From positions 1,952,001 to 2,016,000 of the forward strand of contig OZ242029.1 of assembly GCA_965205015.1 (NCBI GenBank): DNA of 64,000 nucleotides, in the 5' to 3' direction. The position numbers were made by a program, and so were the translations under genes. Below are positions 56,526 through 64,000 of the stretch, in pieces. How positions within the stretch are numbered: position 1 is the stretch's first letter; every line of letters begins with the position of its first letter. Below the pieces are notes generated by a model. That model was not told the origin of the DNA. It did no database searches and saw only the letters and a program-made list of their open reading frames with translations. Source of the DNA: Candidatus Poribacteria bacterium. GTDB taxonomy: Bacteria; Poribacteria; WGA-4E; WGA-3G.

Positions 56526-56801
56526 TTAAGGTTTTGGCAACAAAGTTTCGACTTCAGCGTGCGGTCGTGGAATTACGTGAACCGAAACCACTTCGCCGAC
56601 GCGCGCTGCAGCCTCAGCACCAACATCCGTTGCAGCCTTCACGGCACCAACATCACCACGAACCATGACAGTCACGTAGCCAGCACCAATTTGCTGATAA
56701 CCAATGAGATGGACATTTGCCGCTTTCACCATAGCATCGGCAGCTTCAATGCTCCCAACTAAGCCTCTCGTTTCAACTAAACCCAATGCCTCTCCGGTCA
56801 T
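56526..56801 (-). CDS. Bacterial microcompartment shell hexamer (BMC-H, EutM/PduA-like)
   Basis: [10 protein letters not shown]...[11 protein letters not shown]...GDVGAVKAA...HVIPRPH. Confidence 0.96.
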   Translation of the reverse strand: MTGEALGLVETRGLVGSIEAADAMVKAANVHLIGYQQIGAGYVTVMVRGDVGAVKAATDVGAEAAARVGEVVSVHVIPRPHAEVETLLPKP

Positions 56802-56959
56802 ATTGATTCCAATAGCCTCCTATTGAGAATGAATTCAAGAATAAAGTCAAGTTTTTAACTTATGAGTCGTACGGTCGAAGCAATTTTTTCATTGCGAATC
56901 CACGCGCAAAAAAAGGGGAAAATCAGGCAAAATGCTGAAATCTCACCCTGACCTCACCC

Positions 56960-57856
56960 TTATAGTATATCACAATTTCTTACTTTTTTCAAGAAAAAAC
57001 TAAAAACGCGTTTATACGCTTCATCGACATCTGTTTCTGCCTTATCAACTTCGCCTAATTTTTGGTGAGCGAAGGCACGCCAGAGATAAACCTGTGTAAG
57101 CGCGTTCGGTTCACCTCGCCATGTGCGAATCGTTTCGCTAAAAAGACCTACAGCACTTCTGTAATCAGCATTTGCCAATACCTGTTCTCCCAAGCCTGCA
57201 TGAACCTGCGCGCGATTGATATAAGCACCGGCGAAACGCTGTTCTAAACCAATAGCCTGATTCAGGTCTGCCAAAGCCAGTCTTAAACGATCTTCCGCAC
57301 TTTCGATAGAAAGCCGTAGGTAGGCATTGCCACGCGCATAGTAAGCTACGGCACTCGGTTGCCGTTTAATTACGGTACTGTAATCAGCGAACGCGTTCTG
57401 AAGAGTGCCCTGTTCAAAATAGGTTTGTGCCCGCCTTCGCATAACACGTGCGTTCCACCTCTTTTCCAACGAGGCTGAGTAATCCGCAATAGCCTGTGGT
57501 ATGTTCCCTAACGCTCGATAAGCATCGCCACGACTTGCGTAGGCATCGGCGTGATACCGATTCAAATCTAAGGTTCGGGTGTAATCCGCGATAGCTGCTT
57601 TATACTGCCCCGCGCGATAATGTGCCAATCCGCGTTTCACATAAGCTTCAGCATATTGGGGTTCGGTCTCAATGGCACGTGTAAACGCCGCTATTGCGTC
57701 TGAAATCTTCCATGTCCGCAACGATACTGTCCCCTCCCGTACGTCTGCTTGCGCTTGTGGCTTTGCACCCTTTATCGCATCCCACGTTACAAAGCGAGAA
57801 GCGAGAATAATAGTAAGAATCAACACCGGGGTCATGATGTAAATGAGGGGTCGCAT
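56960..57856 (-). CDS. Membrane-anchored TPR protein
   Basis: N-terminal TM helix and repeated AY..RG.A...G.Y..AIADY TPR units. Confidence 0.88.
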   Translation of the reverse strand: MRPLIYIMTPVLILTIILASRFVTWDAIKGAKPQAQADVREGTVSLRTWKISDAIAAFTRAIETEPQYAEAYVKRGLAHYRAGQYKAAIADYTRTLDLNRYHADAYASRGDAYRALGNIPQAIADYSASLEKRWNARVMRRRAQTYFEQGTLQNAFADYSTVIKRQPSAVAYYARGNAYLRLSIESAEDRLRLALADLNQAIGLEQRFAGAYINRAQVHAGLGEQVLANADYRSAVGLFSETIRTWRGEPNALTQVYLWRAFAHQKLGEVDKAETDVDEAYKRVFSFFLKKVRNCDIL

Positions 57857-57886
57857 GATGAGGGTCTTTCTGACGAAAATATGCCC

Positions 57887-58888
57887 TTAGTCAGATGTTG
57901 GCTTTTGGGTTTCGCTATAGAGGTGATGGATGTTTGTACCTAATTTCAGTACATCCACAGACGGATACGTCTCTGCCAAGTCAATTTCAATATACGCAGG
58001 GATGCCAGGTCGACCGCTGTAGCCTGTCGAAAAAATGAGTTGGCTTTCACCGAACGTCGCTATACCATCTCTGACATTTCGCCTTGGGAAATAGTGAATC
58101 GGGGTATGTCCAACCACAAGGATATTCCCTTGGATAGCTTCAAGGAATTTTTTAATATGCGTTAAGGTATATCCACCACTATAAGTGATCTCTGGACGAT
58201 GCCACAGGAGTTCCTCAAGGGTTTTGGGGTTCGGATTCACCAGATCAGCAAGGCTGGTGACAACACGCGCGGGACCCGCATGAATACCAACGAAGCCGTT
58301 CTTTCCAACGACCACCGTCGGGAGGTTCATCAGAAAGTCATAATGTGTGTCCGTCATTCTTTCAATAAAATTGAACTGCTCATAATAGGTACCGAGAGGA
58401 CTTTCGTATAAATCGCGGATAAAACGTCTCCGGTTCTGTGCCGTCATCCCTTGCCTTTTCAGCATTGCGTATGCATCTGCAGCAGCGAATTCGTGATTTC
58501 CTCGGAGATAGATAATCCTGTCCCCCCTATCGCCAAGTTGCCTTTGGAGTTCCATAACCCGGTCAACGATAAGCGTATCTCCATAAGGCGGATGTCTCGG
58601 TTCATCGGGCTTATAATCAACCGCATCACCGAGTATCAATCCGTAAACATCTTCGTCCGCTTGAATGCGTTCCACCAGTCTCGTGAGTTGGAGCCATTGG
58701 TTGAAATCGTCCCAATGCGCATGTAGGTCGGAAACAATATAGAGAGTGCCGTGATCCGGAAGAACAACGATGTGCCCATCGCGCGTCAGTTGGTTAGGGT
58801 ACTGCGCGAGTCGCTTGGGTTGGGCGATCGCAGTGGAAGCCAGACAGATCAAACAGAGGATAATGCCAATTAAAGGGACGTTCATCAT
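57887..58888 (-). CDS. Secreted calcineurin-like metallophosphoesterase
   Basis: Signal peptide, SDLH, GDAVD, RGNHE, HAG, LLW and GHT motifs. Confidence 0.88.
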   Translation of the reverse strand: MMNVPLIGIILCLICLASTAIAQPKRLAQYPNQLTRDGHIVVLPDHGTLYIVSDLHAHWDDFNQWLQLTRLVERIQADEDVYGLILGDAVDYKPDEPRHPPYGDTLIVDRVMELQRQLGDRGDRIIYLRGNHEFAAADAYAMLKRQGMTAQNRRRFIRDLYESPLGTYYEQFNFIERMTDTHYDFLMNLPTVVVGKNGFVGIHAGPARVVTSLADLVNPNPKTLEELLWHRPEITYSGGYTLTHIKKFLEAIQGNILVVGHTPIHYFPRRNVRDGIATFGESQLIFSTGYSGRPGIPAYIEIDLAETYPSVDVLKLGTNIHHLYSETQKPTSD

Positions 58889-58889
58889 T

Positions 58890-59798
58890 TTAAATTTTGA
58901 AGAATGGATCTATAGTGTTTTCTTGCTCCGCGAGTTTATTCAGGTGCCGGCGTCTCCGATTCCAGCAGACGAGATAACCGATAAGGGCAAGTCCACCGAA
59001 GCCTCCCCACAAAACATAGGAATTAGAAAAGAGCGATGCCCATTGATAACGTTCTGTCAGCGATTCGCGCCAAAGGATATCATAGGTGACAAGGTCCCAT
59101 CCAACGACACTTTCAAAAGCAGTATTGAAATTGCTACCGGCGTGGAGTTCCGCGATGAGCGAAAACAGCACATCTCTACCTTTGACTTCGACCAACCAAC
59201 GGACGGTATCCTGACTTTCAGCATACGCCAAATCCGCACCAGCTTGCGTCCGTGGAAAACGCCGCTCCAGTTCCTGAAGTGGTATAATAGATTTTGAAAA
59301 AATATGCTTCAACAGTGTTTCGTGACGGCTCGGCACCCACTCCTCAGCGAAATAAATTGCGATGCCCTCTATGAACCATAGTGGGATTTCCTTTACGGCT
59401 TTGCGGGTGCACTGTCCGAAAAGGACATGTGCAATCTCATGACGCAAAACTTGCACCAACTGCAACTTCGCAAGCGCAATATGCTTCGGATTTTGGATAA
59501 CGATACGCCGACTCAACGGAAAGGCGCACCCAACCGCCCAATCCTGAATCGGCGCGTGAACCGAATTTTGAAACTCCTTTTGTGTGTCACACACCCAGAT
59601 ATCAATCATTCCCGCTGGCATACGGCTCGTCAACTGCGGCAATTCAGCGTAAAAATCCTCCGCAACCTGAAGGATTGACCCTGGATCCGTTGTCCCCTTT
59701 TGGTAGTAGACTCGGAAGTGTGGACTCTCCACGGATTGCCAGTCTGCCGATGCGAAAAGTATAGGCAATAGGAATAGGAGAAAAATAAGACTCTTCAT
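58890..59798 (-). CDS. Peptidase MA/M1-like zinc metalloprotein with a C-terminal TM helix
   Basis: HEIAH...WFIEGIA gluzincin motif, AYAES, signal peptide and C-terminal anchor. Confidence 0.82.
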   Translation of the reverse strand: MKSLIFLLFLLPILFASADWQSVESPHFRVYYQKGTTDPGSILQVAEDFYAELPQLTSRMPAGMIDIWVCDTQKEFQNSVHAPIQDWAVGCAFPLSRRIVIQNPKHIALAKLQLVQVLRHEIAHVLFGQCTRKAVKEIPLWFIEGIAIYFAEEWVPSRHETLLKHIFSKSIIPLQELERRFPRTQAGADLAYAESQDTVRWLVEVKGRDVLFSLIAELHAGSNFNTAFESVVGWDLVTYDILWRESLTERYQWASLFSNSYVLWGGFGGLALIGYLVCWNRRRRHLNKLAEQENTIDPFFKI

Positions 59799-59825
59799 AT
59801 ATTTGCACCCCCATACATGTCTTAC

Positions 59826-61064
59826 CTATGGCTCCATGAGAACGCCCATAAACAATACCGTCTTTGTCTGATTATCACGAATGGCAAAGAAGAAGGGGCG
59901 GTCTACAATAAACATAGGGGGAGCACTCTCTATCTTTACCTCAACCTTAGTTGCAGCGGTGGCTTCAGTGCCTTCTTCGTTGACTTCTACGACGGCTTTC
60001 TGGAGGACTTCGCCGATATACAAATTGCCATCTAATATCTCTAAGGGTGCCATCCGTCCGAAATCCGCTCTACTCGGACTGAACGCGACCTCCATGCCGA
60101 GTGCCTTCAGCGGATCGTTCAGCCGCTTTTCGTATTCCAACTTGAATTTAGGGAGAGCCAGGTACACCTCTTCTTGATAAAATTCCGATATCCACTGTTC
60201 CCAACGCTCAGCGTTCAAGTGCGCTAAAAAGGCATCCAGATCGGATTCGCGACTTGGGAGGAAGATATACATACTCGTCCGTCCACTCCCGTAAGGGAGA
60301 CTCAACGCTTGAAAATTCGCGTCATAATTTGCGTAATACGGGTAGTCCCCTGTCCTGGACATCATCGGGGTTCGCTTTTCGGCACCGGTTGCGAGATGGA
60401 AGGTGCCATCGCGGGTCTCCGACGGGTCAAATTTTGTTTGCCACGTTCCTTTGAAGTAGATGGCGTTAATCAGGAACAACACTGTGTCTGCGTCAATTAC
60501 ATCCGGAACGATTTTCTTAAGCTTGCCACGAGTCTGGGTATCTACCCACTGATTGATTGTTTTTGAGGCACTCGGATCGCTAAAATCCAAGGTCGAAATC
60601 TCTGCGCCGAAAAATTCCGTGTTACGCTGTAGGAAATCCTGCTTGAAGGGGACATCTTGACGCGCCCACAGTGAGTTTGCAATTGTGAGTGTCACTTTCG
60701 GATCTGATGTCAAAAGGGTTTGATGCAATCCTGCATAACCGGCGTTGATAGATTCGGAATTTAATCCTTGTAGCTGCAACATGTCAGTCATCGCCTGTTC
60801 GGTTTCCCCAGCTGCGCCGTTCAGCGTCATTGCCAAGGCAACAGAAATACTGAAAGGTGAGATAAAAATATTCTTATTTTGCTCAGTCTTACGAATTTCA
60901 TCGAACAGATTAAAACTAAATCTGGTATTCGCCGAGACGACCCGCTCATCAACGGTGTCAGGTTCAACTGTGTCTGAACGAAACTCATCACATCCAGCGA
61001 ATAATGGTAAAACCAAGAAGCAGCATCCAAGAAAAGTTTTTGTGATTGTCTGTTTTTTATTCAT
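59826..61064 (-). CDS. Serpin (serine protease inhibitor), lipoprotein
   Basis: Lipobox FAG-C, NIFISPFSI, NAIYFKGTW, LPKF, EVNEEGTEATAAT hinge and VDRPFFF. Confidence 0.95.
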   Translation of the reverse strand: MNKKQTITKTFLGCCFLVLPLFAGCDEFRSDTVEPDTVDERVVSANTRFSFNLFDEIRKTEQNKNIFISPFSISVALAMTLNGAAGETEQAMTDMLQLQGLNSESINAGYAGLHQTLLTSDPKVTLTIANSLWARQDVPFKQDFLQRNTEFFGAEISTLDFSDPSASKTINQWVDTQTRGKLKKIVPDVIDADTVLFLINAIYFKGTWQTKFDPSETRDGTFHLATGAEKRTPMMSRTGDYPYYANYDANFQALSLPYGSGRTSMYIFLPSRESDLDAFLAHLNAERWEQWISEFYQEEVYLALPKFKLEYEKRLNDPLKALGMEVAFSPSRADFGRMAPLEILDGNLYIGEVLQKAVVEVNEEGTEATAATKVEVKIESAPPMFIVDRPFFFAIRDNQTKTVLFMGVLMEP

Positions 61065-61065
61065 T

Positions 61066-62025
61066 TTAGTAGAGGTGTGCGACATAACTGCCATAACCGT
61101 TGTAAATCACCGTTGGGTGTCTCTCATTTGTCCCAATCATCCGTTCCCTGGCTTGCGACCAGCGTGGATGTGGCACGTTAGGGTTGACGTTTGCCTCAAA
61201 ACCATATTCCCTCGGCGCGAGCGTATTCCAAAACGTCCGCGGCTTCTGATCGGTCAACTCAATACTCACAATGGATTTGATACTTTTAAATCCATATTTC
61301 CAAGGCACGATCAGCCGGATAGGTGCCCCGTGCTGCGGGGGCAAGATATGCCCATAGATGCCGACAGTGAGGAGGGTCAAGTCGTTCATTGCCTCAGCGA
61401 GCGTTAACCCTTCAAAGTAGGGCCACGGCATACGGAGATCGTTTTGTTCGGGTGCCATATCGGCATCCAAAAATGTGAGCATCCGAACGTATTTAGCTTC
61501 AGCCTTCGGTTGAACCTTTTCAAGCAACGCTTTCATCGGAAAGCCGATCCAAGGCACCACCATCGCCCACGCTTCAACGCACCGGAATCGGTAGATACGC
61601 TCTTCAAGCGGCATCTGCTTGATGAAATCGTCCACATCCAGTGTCATCGGTTTTTCGACTAATCCCGATATTTCGACTTCCCATGGACGCGTTCTGAATT
61701 TATCCACCTTTTTCCAAACAACATCTTTCCTGGTCGTAAATTCATAGTAATTGTTGTAAGTAGCGGCAATCACTTCATCAGTCATCTGTCTATTTACAGT
61801 AAAGTTTGCATTATTTTCAGCAGCGAGTTTTTGTGCACGGAAAGGCTCCAACTGCTTTTCAACCCCTTTATTCTGCGCGCACGCATTTGAACTTGAAAAG
61901 AGCAACGTCCCCGCGCCTGCTATCCCCAAATCTTTGATGAATTTTCGGCGATTGATATAATCTGACTCAGATGTTGCCTGATTTTCAGGGATTTCCCATC
62001 CCTTCGGAATTTTAATATACGCCAT
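61066..62025 (-). CDS. msrP: Protein-methionine-sulfoxide reductase catalytic subunit (molybdopterin)
   Basis: Tat motif NRRKFIK, YNNYYEF, RCVEAW, PWKYGFKSIK, EYGFEANVNP and HPRWSQARE. Confidence 0.94.
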   Translation of the reverse strand: MAYIKIPKGWEIPENQATSESDYINRRKFIKDLGIAGAGTLLFSSSNACAQNKGVEKQLEPFRAQKLAAENNANFTVNRQMTDEVIAATYNNYYEFTTRKDVVWKKVDKFRTRPWEVEISGLVEKPMTLDVDDFIKQMPLEERIYRFRCVEAWAMVVPWIGFPMKALLEKVQPKAEAKYVRMLTFLDADMAPEQNDLRMPWPYFEGLTLAEAMNDLTLLTVGIYGHILPPQHGAPIRLIVPWKYGFKSIKSIVSIELTDQKPRTFWNTLAPREYGFEANVNPNVPHPRWSQARERMIGTNERHPTVIYNGYGSYVAHLY

Positions 62026-62066
62026 GATATTTTCCTCCGTGTTTTGAGAGTCTGTTGCGAGTTTTT

Positions 62067-62774
62067 TCAAGATGGTGGATCTAAAAGTTCTGATCGGTTC
62101 ACAAGAAATTCAAAGCCGCACCGCTCAACTATCAATCTGACCGTTTTTGTAACCCATTCGTCAGCGTGTGGTGATACAATTACTTCGCTATTTTTACCCA
62201 TTAGCGTTTTAACGTTGATTTCAAGAGGTATGCCGAATTCATAAGGATCGTTATGTAGAAAGGGTTCAACACTAATGACCGCACGTACTTCGTGCTCATA
62301 CTCAAAAGGTGTTCTCTTATAGAAATAAGGGGAATACACCAAACTTACTATTGATGGATTTTCAGGCATCTCAATTTGATTGTGATTCTCAATGTACTCT
62401 ATTTGACCGATAAATACATCAGGTTCATCCGACAAACTATTTTTCAAATTCCCCATAGTTGTTTTGATTGCTATACCGCCATTGCGGAGGTGATATTTGT
62501 CCCACATCCCCATTGATTCCTCGTCCCCGTAATGCCAACAATTACACATAATGTAGGGCCGAAAACTGTTTGGATCAATACGGATGCCCGCGGATTCATA
62601 AAACACTATTATTGATTCCGGGATATAGCCTTCAAACTTGTCATCATACTCATCAGCTCTTGAAAAAAACAAAGATTCTGTTGCTAAAATATCGGTAAAC
62701 TTCTCAAAACTCATATATCGCCACAAAGTGGTGTCATCTTTAGGTTGTATGATGCCTTTCAGCTCTTTAGACAT
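62067..62774 (-). CDS. Hypothetical protein, DUF2971-like
   Basis: LWRYMSFEKF, DKFEG, CWH...ESMGMW..Y and KRTPFEYEHEVR motifs. AT-richer than the core genes. Confidence 0.65.
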   Translation of the reverse strand: MSKELKGIIQPKDDTTLWRYMSFEKFTDILATESLFFSRADEYDDKFEGYIPESIIVFYESAGIRIDPNSFRPYIMCNCWHYGDEESMGMWDKYHLRNGGIAIKTTMGNLKNSLSDEPDVFIGQIEYIENHNQIEMPENPSIVSLVYSPYFYKRTPFEYEHEVRAVISVEPFLHNDPYEFGIPLEINVKTLMGKNSEVIVSPHADEWVTKTVRLIVERCGFEFLVNRSELLDPPS

Positions 62775-62998
62775 AAAATTCTTCTTTCAAAGTGAATGTG
62801 CCAGTTCCTTATCCGTAGCGATGCCCAAGGTATGGAGTTCTTCGCAAAGAATGCTATTGGCTTTCAACATCCGGGTCAATTTAGTTTTTCTTACACCGGG
62901 TTATCCGTGGTTGAGTTTCATACAGCTTGCAAAACCGTGTCAGCTCTGATCGAGATTTTAATCATTAGTGAATGATTTGCTCTCTGATGATTTACGCT

Positions 62999-63355
62999 TC
63001 ACTTTCCTTGGAAATCTTTGAATGCCTCACGAGTTTTCAGGGCGATAGCCTCAATGGTTCCAAGATCAAGAGTCATCATATCCTGCTGTTCATAGTCACT
63101 CCTAACACTTTTGGACATCATGGCATATATGAACTTATGAGATCTGAACCAGTCATCTATATTATCTGTATCAGGAATTTCGGTTTCTACCACTCTCATT
63201 CTAACAGTGTATTTGTCAAGCGTCATAGGTAGGTCAGTCAGCAGTGTAGACTGATAACATATGGATTTGATGTCTACTAACGGCCATTTTATACCAAAAC
63301 CTTTTGATTCTTCTTTCAAAATTTTTTCAAATTTCTTCGCAAAATTAACTTTCAT
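62999..63355 (-). CDS. Hypothetical protein
   Basis: 118 aa with GGAGG RBS. No family recognised. Confidence 0.5.
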   Translation of the reverse strand: MKVNFAKKFEKILKEESKGFGIKWPLVDIKSICYQSTLLTDLPMTLDKYTVRMRVVETEIPDTDNIDDWFRSHKFIYAMMSKSVRSDYEQQDMMTLDLGTIEAIALKTREAFKDFQGK

Positions 63356-63577
63356 GATGCCCTCCGTTTTCTTGAGAGTATCCTTGATATGCTGAAACAG
63401 GATGTTGATTCCTTTATTTTTCCGCAGCGCGTTCTCTCTTGTTTTTCTATATTCCCGTCGCCTCTATATAAAAGGATAACATGCACCGGAAAGAAAATCA
63501 ATTGAGAAAAAGGGAGAGGCTCTCCAAAGTATACGACTATGAGTCTGTCCAGTCTAAAATTCAGAGTATCCCCGTTT

Positions 63578-63638
63578 GTAGTAGGGCAATTCATTGCCCG
63601 TTCTTGACCCGCGAACGTGCGATAAATCGCACGACTAC
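63578..63638. repeat. Inverted pair of GTAG-type REP-like palindromes (REPIN-like doublet)
   Basis: GTAGTAGGGCAATTCATTGCCCG, and on the other strand GTAGTCGTGCGATTTATCGCACG, facing each other. Confidence 0.7.
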
Positions 63639-63672
63639 GAACTAATTTATCTACAATTATCCGAGTTGCTAC

Positions 63673-63912
63673 CTAATAGGTTTGAACGTTTAAACACAGA
63701 TTTTTCGAGGAAAGGTGCCTCTTTACACCTCGTAGCGGTGATATGTCTATAGAAAATGCCGTATTTTCAAGGAATTGGTACTTCCGCTTTGAGAGTTGTT
63801 CTTCGCTGAGGTTATGTCGCCGACACAGTTCTGCTTGGGAACTTTCACCACGGAGTGCCTCAATGACAACTTCAGCTTTAAACTCGAGAATGAATCTTCT
63901 TCGTTTCGCCAT
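63673..63912 (-). pseudogene. Truncated IS3-like transposase OrfA (HTH) remnant
   Basis: MAKRRRFILEFKAEVVIEALRGESSQAELCRRHNLSEEQLSK. Similarity is lost after about 50 aa and there is no integrase ORF. Confidence 0.75.
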
Positions 63913-64000
63913 CAGAGACTCCTTTAGATAACTGTTACCTACCAAATGTTACACGGGTGTAACATTTTAACGGGATAATTTGCTAATATGTTATATTTAT

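Noticed and set aside
1-64000. Genome-wide UGA reassignment (genetic code 4 or 25) as the explanation for the TGA at 2898
   Set aside because: Long conserved genes have no internal TGA, and several genes (SDR, rlmB, ggt, radC, pduL) end at TGA where expected. Recoding, if real, is site-specific.
1-64000. CRISPR array, tRNA or rRNA genes
   Set aside because: I saw no regularly spaced direct repeats with unique spacers, no tRNA cloverleaf and no rRNA signature.

Overview
A gene-dense bacterial chromosome segment at about 48-50% GC (estimated by eye). It is probably from Candidatus Poribacteria or a relative; this is an inference from the C-terminal 'V-x-x-x-x-(K/R)-(L/I)-(T/S)-T-x-W-x-x-LK' tails on secreted beta-propeller proteins, GTAG-type REP-like palindromes, BMC genes and inositol genes. 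Contents from left to right: a DUF5916 outer-membrane protein (5'-truncated); a TonB-like-anchor/DUF4159 gene split by one in-frame TGA; a rhodanese-PTPS-folE-SDR pterin operon; two CNNM/CorC genes; an eda-Ser/Thr kinase-HpcH-iolC-iolD block; rlmB and radC; a STAS/USP/histidine kinase/REC/REC-PP2C/anti-sigma partner-switching cluster; rpsA; metK-ahcY-PfkB; lpdA; TolB-like propeller genes; ggt; gltB; a large outer-membrane lipoprotein with exbB-exbD-exbD; Wzz-like and other envelope genes; a small BMC locus (shell hexamer, pduL, flavoprotein-like); TPR, metallophosphoesterase, M1/MA-like peptidase, serpin and msrP; and an AT-richer tail with an IS remnant. The top finding is the TGA at 2898-2900. 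It is in frame with the downstream ORF and is followed by a hairpin (GGGCA-GGTC-TGCCC) whose core GCAGGTCTGC matches the E. coli fdhF SECIS apical stem-loop. This points to a candidate new selenoprotein family, a membrane-anchored TonB-like protein with a Sec-containing DUF4159 domain. Other notable items are an orphan IscB-type omegaRNA/HEARO element in the rpsA leader, a TnpB-type right-end element with no tnpB, and an unassigned structured RNA of about 215 nt behind a near-consensus promoter upstream of gltB. All calls come from reading the sequence; no database searches were run.
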